From contig CAZVFC010000001.1 of assembly GCA_964625855.1 (NCBI GenBank), positions 201,756-265,755 of the forward strand: a stretch of DNA of 64,000 nucleotides, read 5' to 3'. The position numbers were made by a program, and so were the translations under genes. Under the pieces are notes generated by a model. The model saw only the letters and a list, made by a program, of their open reading frames with translations. It searched no databases and was not told the origin of the DNA. Shown here one piece after another: positions 1 to 11,459 of the stretch; position 1 is the stretch's first letter; every line of letters starts with the position of its first letter. The stretch is from an uncultured Verrucomicrobiota bacterium (GTDB taxonomy: Bacteria; Verrucomicrobiota; Verrucomicrobiia; Limisphaerales; UBA8199).

Positions 1-456
1 GATGGCGGCAATCTGTTCCCGGTCCTCGTGGTCGTCGCCAAAGGCCCCGGTCTCGAAGACATCCCAGAGATTGAGATGGCGGAGCTTGATCTCGGCGCCG
101 AGGCGGATGTTGCCCGTCAGCAAACCAAGCAACGGAGGTTGCGGCAGTGCCTGCAAGCCCCGAATGAACTCGCACACACCGGGACAAGTCGTGGCTTTAC
201 TCTGGGGCAGCAGGTGGTCGAGCCAGAAGACGTAGCGGTCGAAGAAGCGCTCGAAGTTCTGCGGCGTCGCCGGCACCTGGTGCAGGCTGAAGAACTCACG
301 CACCAGGCTCAGATCGGTGCGACCCGCGAACTTCAACCGCTCGAACCCGTCCACGGCGTTGAACTCCGAGGTGAAGACCTTGGCAAAGGCCTTCACCCCC
401 GCGCCGCCCGTGCGGATCAGGGTGCCATCAATGTCGAACAGAACCAGTCGAACCAT
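1..456 (-). CDS. HAD-superfamily hydrolase (phosphatase-like); N-terminal part, continues past the left edge
   Basis: Own reverse translation from ATG at 456 gives MVRLVLFDIDGTLIRTGGAGVKAFAKVF...GAFGDDHEDREQIAAI. It carries HAD motif I (DxDGT). The frame is open to position 1, so it is not in the ORF track. Confidence 0.8.
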   Translation of the reverse strand, partial: MVRLVLFDIDGTLIRTGGAGVKAFAKVFTSEFNAVDGFERLKFAGRTDLSLVREFFSLHQVPATPQNFERFFDRYVFWLDHLLPQSKATTCPGVCEFIRGLQALPQPPLLGLLTGNIRLGAEIKLRHLNLWDVFETGAFGDDHEDREQIAAI

Positions 457-584
457 GTCCGGAGAGGTTAGGCCGAAGACGCCGGTCTGGCAATTCCTGC
501 TCAACGCTTCCGCCCGGTGGCCAGCCTTCAGGCTGTCGGCCCCCGGAAGCACGCGGGACCGCAGACTCCCAACGCACTCTGCGC

Positions 585-1445
585 TCAGGGTTTGAAATAC
601 GCTGGCCGCTGGTAAACGCGCACGTAATCAACGTCGTGGAACTGAGGGAAGGTCGTCGTCTCATCCGGGTTGCCGGGCCACGCCCCGCCCACCGCGGTGT
701 TCAGGATCAGGTAATGCGGCGTGTGAGGAATCCCGTTGGTCGTCGCATGGATCTGTTGGCCGTCAATGAACCAGCGCATCCTGTCCGGCTCCCATTCCAG
801 CGCATAGACGTGAAAATCCTTTGTGTAATCGCAACTGCCCCTCCAGGTGCCGGAACTGGTCTTCTTCTGGCCGTCGAAGGTGTAATAGTGGAGGGTCCCA
901 TAGACAACCTTCGGTTCGTGTCCGAGAAACTCCATGATATCAATCTCGCTGTACCAGGGGCGAGCTTCCGGGATCAACCGCTCCTTGCCGTTGGCCACCG
1001 CTTCCGCCATCACATATTCCATCTGCCAATCCCGATTCTGCGGATAGAGCCAGTGCGCCGGCCAAAGCCCCTTGCCGCCGGGCAAGCGGGCCCGAATCTC
1101 GAACCGCCCGTAGGTGGGGGCGAACTTCCCGCTGGTATCAACCCGCCCGCTTGTATAGCGTTGCGGCCCGAAATCTCTCACCCGGCTCCTCAACCGCAGG
1201 CAGCCCTTCTTGAGGTAAACCTCGTCGGGGAGATAGTACTGAAGCTCGTTGTGCTTGCTCTGTTCCCGCAGGAGCACGTTCCACTTCTTCGGGCTGAGGT
1301 TCTTGCCGTTGAACTCATCCCGCCAGATCAGTTTCCATTCTCCGCCAGCCGGGGGCTTCTCTGCGGCAGGCAAACCGCCCGCAAGGACTGTCACACAGAA
1401 GGTAATGGCCAGGGAAAGTCTGCTCGCAATCATATGCTCGTTCAC
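585..1445 (-). CDS. Secreted glycoside hydrolase family 16 (laminarinase/beta-glucanase-like)
   Basis: 286-aa ORF with a signal-like N-terminus (LSLAITFCVTVLAGG), WPAHW, and the GH16 catalytic motif E-I-D-I-M-E (SEIDIMEF). Confidence 0.85.
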   Translation of the reverse strand: MNEHMIASRLSLAITFCVTVLAGGLPAAEKPPAGGEWKLIWRDEFNGKNLSPKKWNVLLREQSKHNELQYYLPDEVYLKKGCLRLRSRVRDFGPQRYTSGRVDTSGKFAPTYGRFEIRARLPGGKGLWPAHWLYPQNRDWQMEYVMAEAVANGKERLIPEARPWYSEIDIMEFLGHEPKVVYGTLHYYTFDGQKKTSSGTWRGSCDYTKDFHVYALEWEPDRMRWFIDGQQIHATTNGIPHTPHYLILNTAVGGAWPGNPDETTTFPQFHDVDYVRVYQRPAYFKP

Positions 1446-1574
1446 TTGTGCGCCAAGCGCGGTTGCCGGTGCGAAATACTCGTGGCGGGACGATGGCGAC
1501 AGCCCGCCGATTAGTCAAGGAATTGGGTTCGAGCCGATGCAGTGGCGGCGCATTTGTTAGTTGTTGGTATGGTG

Positions 1575-1642
1575 GGTAGGGACGCCTCGCCGAGGCGTCA
1601 CCGTCCACCCCAAACCGGACGCCTCATCGAGGCGTCCCTACC
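1575..1642. repeat. Nested palindromic element of the GTAGG...CCTAC family
   Basis: The arms GGTAGGGACGCCTCGCCGAGGCGTC and GACGCCTCATCGAGGCGTCCCTACC are reverse complements except for their 3-nt inner loops. Each arm is itself a hairpin (GACGCCTC-N3-GAGGCGTC). It lies in the divergent GH16/nadE intergenic region. Confidence 0.85.
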
Positions 1643-1689
1643 AATGACTCGCGAATGCGCTCCTCGCAGCCGCATTTCCCAGTTTAGCA

Positions 1690-3783
<2,094 letters not shown>

Positions 3784-3788
3784 CTCGA

Positions 3789-3846
3789 GTAGGGCGGGCG
3801 TCTCGCCTGCCCTTCCCGGCCGAGGCAGGCGAGACGCCTGCCCTAC
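3789..3846. repeat. Nested palindromic element (GTAGG...CCTAC family) between convergent genes; probable bidirectional terminator-like hairpin
   Basis: Arms GTAGGGCGGGCGTCTCGCCTGCCC (3789-3812) and GGCAGGCGAGACGCCTGCCCTAC (3824-3846) are near-perfect reverse complements. The element starts 5 nt after the nadE stop. The TAG stop of the minus-strand gene 3843..4619 lies inside the CCTAC end. Confidence 0.85.
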
Positions 3847-4619
3847 TTCAGCCGTTTGCCCCAGAGCCCGTGCTGTTCCTCCGAGTAACGGTCGCGCTCG
3901 GCAAAACGGCAGCCATAGCCCGCTGATCCCGGGAAGATGAAGATGACTCCCCGGTTGCGGTAACTCCAGGGATTCAGGCAGAACTTGTAATCGGCAGGAA
4001 CGCTCTGGGCGATGTAGTTCAGATCCAGCTTCCGGTCCTCATACTGGTCGAAGCACAAGCCGTTGCCCGCGTCAAAGTCGTCTATCACGATCACCGGCTT
4101 CTCGCACTCCTTGAATATGATAGCCATCTCGTCCTGCAGCGGCCAATACGCACCCCAGTGGGCGTCGAGGAAGAACAGCGACTGCGCACGGATCTCGGGC
4201 AGGTGCGCGCGCAGGAAATCCGGCGAGTTCTTCGTCTCGTAGATCAGGTTATCGGCGAAATACAGTTCGGGCCGGCGTTTCCAGTCAATCACGTCGCAGG
4301 TGAAGACCTTGTCGAACAGCAGGCTCATGGCCACTGAGGTCTCTCCGTCGTAGGTGCCGGTCTCGACGAAGTTGCGCAGGCCAAAGTCGGCTTTGAGCTT
4401 CTTGACGACCCGCACGAAGTTGGGGTCAATAATCGTGCGGCAGCCGCAGTTGTCGTGCATGTAGCGGTCGAAGGCTTTGGTGTCCTGCCCAAACCTCTGC
4501 CGCAGCTCATTTACTTCAGCAGCCGTCAAACGGCGGGCCTCGCGCTTCTTGATCTTGTAATTGATCAGCCAGTTGAGCAGGGCTCCCCCCACCGCAGTCT
4601 TTTTAAATGCTTCCAGCAT
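3843..4619 (-). CDS. Hypothetical protein, possibly a Rossmann-fold SAM-dependent methyltransferase
   Basis: 258-aa ORF with plausible composition. [12 protein letters not shown] resembles methyltransferase motif I, and LDAHW...PL resembles FkbM/CmcI-like proteins. The function is recalled from motifs only. Confidence 0.55.
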   Translation of the reverse strand: MLEAFKKTAVGGALLNWLINYKIKKREARRLTAAEVNELRQRFGQDTKAFDRYMHDNCGCRTIIDPNFVRVVKKLKADFGLRNFVETGTYDGETSVAMSLLFDKVFTCDVIDWKRRPELYFADNLIYETKNSPDFLRAHLPEIRAQSLFFLDAHWGAYWPLQDEMAIIFKECEKPVIVIDDFDAGNGLCFDQYEDRKLDLNYIAQSVPADYKFCLNPWSYRNRGVIFIFPGSAGYGCRFAERDRYSEEQHGLWGKRLK

Positions 4620-4656
4620 AGGAAATGTTCACCGTCGCCGTGACCGTCACCCGGGT

Positions 4657-5901
4657 TCAACCCAGCTTCTTGTTCGGATCGCGCTTCCCTTTGGAGGTGA
4701 GGCCGACCAGCAGCCCTTTGGCTTCGTTGGCCACCATGCCCAGGAAGCGGAAGAAGCGCCGCAGGGCGCTCAGGCGCGGCCAGGCCAGGATCGTGTCTTT
4801 GGCCACCCGCTCCGCTTCCGCGTTCCGGCCCAGCGCCCGGAGGCATTGGACCATCATTTCCTGCGCCTGCCGCGCCCGGATGTCGGCGAGTTGCGTGGCC
4901 TCCAGGTATTTGAGCGCCTCGGCGTAATCCTTCTTGTCGAAGAACTGCTGCGCGATGCCAAGCAGCCGGCTGACCGCATGCGCTTCCTGTTTGAAGTAGA
5001 GCGGGCTGAAGCGATCCCGTTCCTCGGGGGACATGGCCGTGTGGCGTTCTTCCTGGAACGTGGAATACACGTCGGAGAAACTCTCCTCTTCCTTCTTAAA
5101 GCCGGCGGCCACCGCTTCCATCTTTGCCAGCGCTGCGGCGCGGGCCGTTTCATCCTTGGGGTACATGGCGTGAATCAGTTTCGTGGCAGTCTCTTTTCTC
5201 TCGATCAAGGTCAGTTGGAAAAACCGCGTCCAGAACGGCAGGCAGCGCATGCGCTGGGTGCGGCCTTTGCCGCGGATGGGCGAAAGCAGCATCGGGATGT
5301 TGATGTAGCGGTCCACCATGCGGCCGATCTGGTCCACCCACTTGTCGTCATACCAATAATGGAAATACCCCGCATAGACGCGCCCCATTGTGTTCAGCCA
5401 GCCCCAGCCGATGATCGGAAACGTCGCAATGGCGGGCGCGACCGGATCATACGGGCAGGCCAGCAGAATGCCATCCGGGTATTTGGCTACCTCAGCCCGG
5501 AGAACGTCATCCCATCCCTGCGTCTCGAACCGCACATCGTCGTTGGCGATCATATAGACTTCGGCCGTGCGCCCCAGCGCCGTCCACAAGACCTGGTAGG
5601 TCTGGCCCCAGTCGGGTGTCCGCGGCCCGATATGCCAATGCACCGGGAATCCCAGGTCCGGGAACTTGCCCCCGTCAATCGCCGCGCGCGTCACCTGGTC
5701 GTCGTCATCCACATACAACCACAGGGCTACCTTGTCTTTGCGGCGGGTCGTAGCCCGCAAAGACTCGAACACCTCCAGCAGCATGTCCGGCCGGCCGCGG
5801 GTGGAGAGCAGGATAGCAATCTCCCCGCGCTTGATCTCAGGTTGGGCAGGGGCGGCAGGCCCGGCATTATTCATGGGCGCACAAGTTAGGGAATTGTCCA
5901 T
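4657..5901 (-). CDS. Glycosyltransferase-like protein with a helical (TPR-like) C-terminal part
   Basis: 414-aa ORF. The N-terminal IAILLSTRGRPDMLLEVFESLRATT...YVDDDD resembles the GT-A/GT2 nucleotide-sugar binding region. The antisense ORF 4561..5889 is Arg/Gly-rich and was rejected. Confidence 0.55.
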   Translation of the reverse strand: MDNSLTCAPMNNAGPAAPAQPEIKRGEIAILLSTRGRPDMLLEVFESLRATTRRKDKVALWLYVDDDDQVTRAAIDGGKFPDLGFPVHWHIGPRTPDWGQTYQVLWTALGRTAEVYMIANDDVRFETQGWDDVLRAEVAKYPDGILLACPYDPVAPAIATFPIIGWGWLNTMGRVYAGYFHYWYDDKWVDQIGRMVDRYINIPMLLSPIRGKGRTQRMRCLPFWTRFFQLTLIERKETATKLIHAMYPKDETARAAALAKMEAVAAGFKKEEESFSDVYSTFQEERHTAMSPEERDRFSPLYFKQEAHAVSRLLGIAQQFFDKKDYAEALKYLEATQLADIRARQAQEMMVQCLRALGRNAEAERVAKDTILAWPRLSALRRFFRFLGMVANEAKGLLVGLTSKGKRDPNKKLG

Positions 5902-5975
5902 GAGAAGTCAATCCGTGCTTCGATCTCTGCTTCTATGCGTCTTGAATCCGAGCCAGACGCCTGCCGGGCGAAGTG

Positions 5976-8672
5976 CTACTTAGCAGGAGCGGGCGCGCGA
6001 GACGCGGACAGTGGCGGCTTCTTGTCCCGGGCAACCGCCAGATAACCGATCAGGAGCATGGCCACCAGGACCGCCGCGATGCTGACGTAGAGCATGTCCA
6101 CCGGCGGTGCAAAGCGGAACTCAACCGTATGGGCTCCCGGTTGCAAAAAGACGCCGCGCATCAGGTAATTGCAGCGCAATAACTGTGCGGGCTTTCCGTC
6201 CACCGACACCCTCCAGTTCGGGTCAAAGCGGTCGTTCAAAAGCAACACCGACGGCACAACTGGGTTTGCCTTTAGCACGATATGCTTGGGCGCGTAACTT
6301 GCGAACTCCACGGTGCCGGCGCTCTGATTAGTGCTGTTCGTCGCGGTCGAGGCAGGCAGCGGATCGGCCACCAGCACCGTCTGCTCGGGATGGAAGTCCT
6401 CGCTCGGCAGCAGTTTCAGCGTCGCCTCGTCGTTGGTGCTGACCTGCCAGTTCGCGTAGAGCTTCGCCCTTGGCAGCGCGCCGGTGAACTCGAACACCGC
6501 GTATTGGCCTTCCGGGTTGGGGACCGCGGTCAATTCCTCCAGACGAGTGGGCTCGGCGATGCCCGGCTTGGGCGCAATGCTGAACCTTTGGGCAAACCGG
6601 AACCGACGCTGGACGGGATCAATCTGCTGGTTGAGAACGTCGAGGAACCCAGCGGCGCCAAGCAGGTAGCGGGTATTGGTAAGCTGCCACCGGCGCGTGA
6701 TCCGAGGCAGAGCGTTGCTCGTGCCGTTGTAGAACAAGGCTGTTTCGAAAGCAATCTGGTCCTGCTTCGGACGTGGGTTCATAATTTGGTCGAGCGACTG
6801 TATATTGTAATACTGGAAAAGCTGCTGCTTCCACTCGATGTCGTAGAGCTGGCTGAAGAGCGCCAGTTGCGGCGGTGGGTTGAACGGCAGGACGGCGACG
6901 CGCTGCTCGTAAGGCTTCTCGCGCAGGAAATCAATGATCGGGTTCGAGGCGTACTTCTGCACCCAGTCCCAGGTAATGACCCAAGGCAGGTTGGCCCGCC
7001 CCAGGTCAAAGACCAGCAGCACACCGAGCAGAATCGCTCCCGTGCGCGCGCGCCGGCCATTGAAGTATCCACTAAGCACCAACGCGACTACACCCAAGCC
7101 CAGCGCGAGCAAGAGCGCGAACCAGCCGACCTGCCGGATGCTAAAGTTGGCAATGGCTGTGGCCATGGCCGCCTCGAAATCCACCTCTTGCAGGTAAGCC
7201 ACCAGCCGCTCCCGTGAGGAAGCGTAGATCAGCCAGCCGAGCACACCAGCCGCCAGAGCCACGACCGAGCCCCGAGCCCACCCGCGGTCGAAGGCGGTGG
7301 CTCGGGTCCACAGCGCTTTGAGGTGCGACGCGAGATCGCGCACGGCGGCGGTCGGTGTTTCCAGGCAGCTCCGGCTCAGACCGTGCACGCCGTAGGCAAA
7401 CAGGATGACCAGGATCCACTCGACCACGTGGAAGAACTTGGATGGGTTGCGCATTGTCGAAGCAAACGGCAGGGCATAGAAGAGCTGATAGAAAGGTGCA
7501 AACCGCCCGAACCCGACCAGCACGCAGATCAACCCTACCCCACTCCAGAACCAGATGAACTTCCGTTCCGTTAACGAGAACACCGAGTTCTGCTTGCGGA
7601 ACGCCTGCAGGATCGTCCACAATGCAATCAACACTACGGACACCCCAGCGTAGATGCCCCCGCCACCATAGCGGATCGGGTAAGCCCTCGCGTCAGGGCG
7701 GGGCTCCTGCTTGCCGGAGGCAAAATACCGGTCCCAAGAGCCGTGGCGGCCGCACCGGCCCCAGTAATTTCCACCGCCCGGGGTATCCATTCGAAAGCCA
7801 AAGATGCCCGGGACGATCATGCTGAGCGCCTCCGCCTTGGGCATGCTCCACATGGTCGCCTCATCCCAGCGCTGAGCCTTGCTCTCGGCATCCTGACCCA
7901 TGCCGGCAACACCCTTGATCTGGGTGCTGACGAGAGTGCTGACTGCCGAAACCGCTATGAAAGCCGCGAATAGGACCACCACCCCTAACCGCCCGAAGCC
8001 TCGGACCAGCCGCTGCGGCGCGCTGCCATCACCGGCCAACGCTTGAAACACCACAAATGCGGCGACCACAATGCTGAAAATGGCACCGATATCAAATGCC
8101 TCCATCACACCCATGCCCACGGCAAGGCCCGCCAGCGCAACCCGGACCCAGCGCCGGCGCGATGTCTGGTCGGCCAGTGCCGCCAGGGCGAGGAAGTCGA
8201 ATCCGAAGCTCAACGGTTGCGACGCCACGCCCCAGCAGGCGGTCGAAAAGAAGTCCGAGTTCAAGCTCGCCGCGATGCCACCCAGGAAACAGGCCAGGGG
8301 CGAGAACTTCCACTGCCGGAAGCAGAACCAGGCGCTTAAGCCAAGAAACAGAAGTGCGAACGGGGCATAGACCTTCGAGAAGTAGAGCGGACCCAGGACT
8401 AAGCTCAAGCCATTGGTAATGTTCGGTGATGCGCTGGGACCGGTGGTGCCGATCCAGTTCAATTCCTGCCAGTAACCAAAAAAACCTTCAGGCTGGCTCG
8501 CGCACTTCGCGCTGATGGCGCCGAGTGGCCCGTCGTTTGAGAAGACCGTGCGGCCGGGCAACAGCCCTTCGCGAAAGAGAAAACCCAGCAGAACAACCAG
8601 CCAGAGGGCCATCCAACCAAACCGGCGCCAATCAGATAGCTGCTCCCCGGGTCCGCTTTTGGATTGATTCAT
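5976..8672 (-). CDS. Large polytopic membrane protein (YfhO/GT-C-like) with a C-terminal extracytoplasmic domain and a final TM helix
   Basis: The ORF track gives 5976..8846. The first 58 codons are Arg/Pro-rich and overlap the divergent gene, so ATG 8672 (MNQSKSGPGEQLSDWRRFGWMALWLVVLL) is the likely start. There are many hydrophobic segments. Confidence 0.75.
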   Translation of the reverse strand: MNQSKSGPGEQLSDWRRFGWMALWLVVLLGFLFREGLLPGRTVFSNDGPLGAISAKCASQPEGFFGYWQELNWIGTTGPSASPNITNGLSLVLGPLYFSKVYAPFALLFLGLSAWFCFRQWKFSPLACFLGGIAASLNSDFFSTACWGVASQPLSFGFDFLALAALADQTSRRRWVRVALAGLAVGMGVMEAFDIGAIFSIVVAAFVVFQALAGDGSAPQRLVRGFGRLGVVVLFAAFIAVSAVSTLVSTQIKGVAGMGQDAESKAQRWDEATMWSMPKAEALSMIVPGIFGFRMDTPGGGNYWGRCGRHGSWDRYFASGKQEPRPDARAYPIRYGGGGIYAGVSVVLIALWTILQAFRKQNSVFSLTERKFIWFWSGVGLICVLVGFGRFAPFYQLFYALPFASTMRNPSKFFHVVEWILVILFAYGVHGLSRSCLETPTAAVRDLASHLKALWTRATAFDRGWARGSVVALAAGVLGWLIYASSRERLVAYLQEVDFEAAMATAIANFSIRQVGWFALLLALGLGVVALVLSGYFNGRRARTGAILLGVLLVFDLGRANLPWVITWDWVQKYASNPIIDFLREKPYEQRVAVLPFNPPPQLALFSQLYDIEWKQQLFQYYNIQSLDQIMNPRPKQDQIAFETALFYNGTSNALPRITRRWQLTNTRYLLGAAGFLDVLNQQIDPVQRRFRFAQRFSIAPKPGIAEPTRLEELTAVPNPEGQYAVFEFTGALPRAKLYANWQVSTNDEATLKLLPSEDFHPEQTVLVADPLPASTATNSTNQSAGTVEFASYAPKHIVLKANPVVPSVLLLNDRFDPNWRVSVDGKPAQLLRCNYLMRGVFLQPGAHTVEFRFAPPVDMLYVSIAAVLVAMLLIGYLAVARDKKPPLSASRAPAPAK

Positions 8673-8724
8673 AGCGTCGGAGTGTTCTTCATTTCCGCGT
8701 GAAAGAAAATAGAATTCTCGCCGC

Positions 8725-10749
8725 ATGAGATTGCCGCGCGAGAGCGGGCGCGGCGCCGGGGACCGCCGGGGTGTCTGGCTCTGGGTCCTCAGCCTTTTTC
8801 TAATCGGCCTAGGCGCTCGGCTCTGGCTGATCGCGCGGTTTGGCACACCGCTGCCGTTCTGGGACCAGTGGGAGGAGGCTCGTGTAGTTTACATCCCCTT
8901 CTTCGAAGGAAAGCTGTCGCTGGCCGATCTCTTCTCGGCGCACAACGAGCACCGGATCTTCTTTACCCGCATCTACGGCCTGGGGCTGCTGCTTCTGAAC
9001 GGCCAGTGGGATAATCAGTTGCAGACGGTTGCCAACGCCATCCTGCATTGTGGCACGATGACCGGCCTGGGTTGGTTAATGTGCCGCTGGCTGGAAAAGA
9101 GGTCCTGGATATTGCTTTGGCTGCCGCTGGTTCTGGTGCTCGCCCTGCCCTTCGGATGGGAGAACTCGTTGGCCGGGTTTCAGTCCCAATTCTACTTCCT
9201 CGTCCTGTTCTCCCTCTTGACCCTATGGCTGTTGGGACTGCAGCCTTCCGGTTCAAGGTTGTGGTGGTGCGGTGTGGCCGCAGCTATGATGGCACTGTTC
9301 ACCGTCGGCTCGGGTTTCCTGGCGGCTGTCACGGTGTTTGCGCTGGTGGTGTTCCGCATTTGCCGTCAACCTGAAGGCTGGAAACGCCAGACTTTGACGC
9401 TGGCTGTCTGCGCCGCGGTGGCGGCAGCGGGCCTCCTGCTGAAGACGGATGTCCTGCACCATCACCTGCTGCAGGCGCATTCGGCCGGCGAATTCCTGGC
9501 CGCCTTGGGCGCGAACCTGGCGTGGCCCTGGATCGTTGTCCCTTCTTTCGCGTTCCTCAATCTGCTGCCGCTCGCGCTGCTTGCCTGGCGGTATTTCAAG
9601 AAACGGGATGAATCCTCCCCAGCCGCGGAAATGACGCTGGCTATCGGCATGTGGGCCGTGCTGCAAGCCGCTGCTACGGCGTATGCGCGGGGCGCCGACG
9701 GACGACCACCCGGATGGAGGTATATGGATTCCACCAGCTTCATCCTTGTCGCCAACTGCTTCAGCATCGCCGTCCTGCTAAGCAGCTATCGGTTCTCCCG
9801 CAGGAGTCTCCGTGATGATCCATTCGGCAATTTGCTGTCTGCGATCTCACCTTCGGGTTCACGGCTGATCCGCTCAGCAAGGCTCTTTCTGCTCACGGTT
9901 CTCTCCCTTTGGGCAGTCGCTTGCATAGCTGGACTGGCGTTGTTGAGTCTGCGCGCCTGGCAGATTGACATTCCTGAGCGCCAACTCTGTTTCCGTGCCC
10001 AACTGCAACTTGCCCGCGCCTTCATGGCCACGGACGATCCCCGCGTCTTCGACCACGAACCCAGATCGTACCTGCTGGCATATCAGGGGGATCCACTTGC
10101 CCCCCCTTTGCGCTATGAGGCGGAGTGGACGGTCGAGTATCTTCGCAACCCGACAGTAAGGAACCTCCTACCCGCTTGCGTGCGACTCCCGCTGGCGGTC
10201 CAAGCCGATCCCGCAGCGACGCATGGCTTTGTGACCAATGCCTATCGCTTGGCCAAGCGCGGACCGCCGACGGAAGCGTATTGGGGCTCCTACACCGAGG
10301 ATGGGGTGGCAGCGAAAAGCCGCTTCCAAAGCATGTCTGTTACCAGAAGCAAGCTTCGGTTTCTTGAATTCAGGGTGGCCGGTGATTTGGGCAAGCCCGG
10401 CTTGTCGCTGGATCTGCTCGACCTGACTTCCGGGAAAACTACCTCTGTAAAGCCTCCTCAAGCGCCCGGGGACCACTGGCAGACTTATCAAGTCAGAGCA
10501 CCCCATGGGGACTTTAAGATCATTGCGAGCGACGAGAGTGATAGCGGATGGTTCGCCTTTCAGGCACCTCGGGAGGCAGGCCGGTTGTCTTGGCTGGCGG
10601 CGCGACTGGTGTCTTTCGGCGGCAGCTTGTTTATAGCCGGTGTGGGCAATTCGTTGATCTGCCTGGCCATCGCCTTACGCCGTCGCCCGAAGGGGCCAAC
10701 TCTCCGTCAAACGGCGAATCCTGAGCGACCTTTCACATTTGCCAGTTGA
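8725..10749 (+). CDS. Large polytopic membrane protein (GT-C/ArnT-like topology) with a C-terminal soluble domain
   Basis: 674-aa ORF divergent from 5976..8672. The first ~400 aa hold more than 10 hydrophobic helices, followed by a soluble region and a terminal TM. The function is inferred from architecture only. Confidence 0.7.
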   Translation: MRLPRESGRGAGDRRGVWLWVLSLFLIGLGARLWLIARFGTPLPFWDQWEEARVVYIPFFEGKLSLADLFSAHNEHRIFFTRIYGLGLLLLNGQWDNQLQTVANAILHCGTMTGLGWLMCRWLEKRSWILLWLPLVLVLALPFGWENSLAGFQSQFYFLVLFSLLTLWLLGLQPSGSRLWWCGVAAAMMALFTVGSGFLAAVTVFALVVFRICRQPEGWKRQTLTLAVCAAVAAAGLLLKTDVLHHHLLQAHSAGEFLAALGANLAWPWIVVPSFAFLNLLPLALLAWRYFKKRDESSPAAEMTLAIGMWAVLQAAATAYARGADGRPPGWRYMDSTSFILVANCFSIAVLLSSYRFSRRSLRDDPFGNLLSAISPSGSRLIRSARLFLLTVLSLWAVACIAGLALLSLRAWQIDIPERQLCFRAQLQLARAFMATDDPRVFDHEPRSYLLAYQGDPLAPPLRYEAEWTVEYLRNPTVRNLLPACVRLPLAVQADPAATHGFVTNAYRLAKRGPPTEAYWGSYTEDGVAAKSRFQSMSVTRSKLRFLEFRVAGDLGKPGLSLDLLDLTSGKTTSVKPPQAPGDHWQTYQVRAPHGDFKIIASDESDSGWFAFQAPREAGRLSWLAARLVSFGGSLFIAGVGNSLICLAIALRRRPKGPTLRQTANPERPFTFAS

Positions 10750-10788
10750 GTCAGCGGCGCAATCACTGGTAAGGTCCCATGCATTGTT

Positions 10789-11316
10789 ATGACCCCCAGC
10801 ATCCCCGCCGAGGAAGTTGTCCTGGACACGAAATGGTTTCAGCTCGTGGCCCGGCGTCCACCTGCTTACAGCGAGCCGCATTATTCGATCCGCACGCGCG
10901 ATTATGTAGCGATCGTTGCAGTGAACCTGAAGGGAGAGCTGTTGCTGGTGCGCCAGTTCCGCCCGGCCGTCTGGGCAACCACTCTTGAGCTTCCCAGCGG
11001 CCACGTGGAGCCGGGACAGACCCCGGAGGAAGCCGCCCGCGCCGAACTGTTGGAAGAGACTGGCCACGAGGCGGAATGCTTCGAGTTGCTGGGCAACTTC
11101 TCGCCGGATACGGGCCGGCTCGGCAACCGGATGTGGTGCTTTTTTGCGGGCAGGGCCGTGCCGACCCGAAACTCGGCCTACCAACCCGAAGCCGGCATCG
11201 AGCTTGTTTTTTACCGAGGAACCCTTCGCGACCTTCTCCGCGAGGAAGGCTTCTACAGCGCGTTGAACTGCGCAGCGCTGCTTGCCGCCGCCCTGCAGGA
11301 AAAGCTCAAGGTCTGA
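10789..11316 (+). CDS. NUDIX hydrolase (ADP-ribose pyrophosphatase-like)
   Basis: Nudix box GHVEPGQTPEEAARAELLEETGHE (GX5EX7REUXEEXGU). The antisense 259-aa ORF 10675..11454 was rejected. Confidence 0.9.
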   Translation: MTPSIPAEEVVLDTKWFQLVARRPPAYSEPHYSIRTRDYVAIVAVNLKGELLLVRQFRPAVWATTLELPSGHVEPGQTPEEAARAELLEETGHEAECFELLGNFSPDTGRLGNRMWCFFAGRAVPTRNSAYQPEAGIELVFYRGTLRDLLREEGFYSALNCAALLAAALQEKLKV

Positions 11317-11459
11317 GATAGGCCCAGGTGCGTTAGCCCAAATTATATTGTTGCCATTGGTCCGCCGCCCCATCATAATAGCCATCAACTTCACGAGGTT
11401 GAACTCGTGCAGCTCAGTACAACAAAGACCGACAGCAAAATGAGAGAGGACCAACCGCT

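Noticed and set aside
1522-1538. tRNA T-arm-like sequence ATTGG-GTTCGAG-CCGAT.
   Set aside because: There is no complementary acceptor stem, no D-arm or anticodon arm in the right positions upstream, and no CCA context. It is not a tRNA.
8673-8846. N-terminal extensions of track ORFs: 5976..8846, 45521..46453, 41507..42955, 48637..49743, 53748..55034, 21281..22207, 24042..25205.
   Set aside because: The extensions are Arg/Pro-rich, overlap neighbouring genes, terminators or repeats, and precede internal starts that give canonical family N-termini or signal peptides. The shorter models were used.
10675-11454. 259-aa minus-strand ORF overlapping the NUDIX gene.
   Set aside because: The plus-strand ORF has a perfect Nudix box. 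The minus-strand product has no motif and shows shadow-ORF composition.
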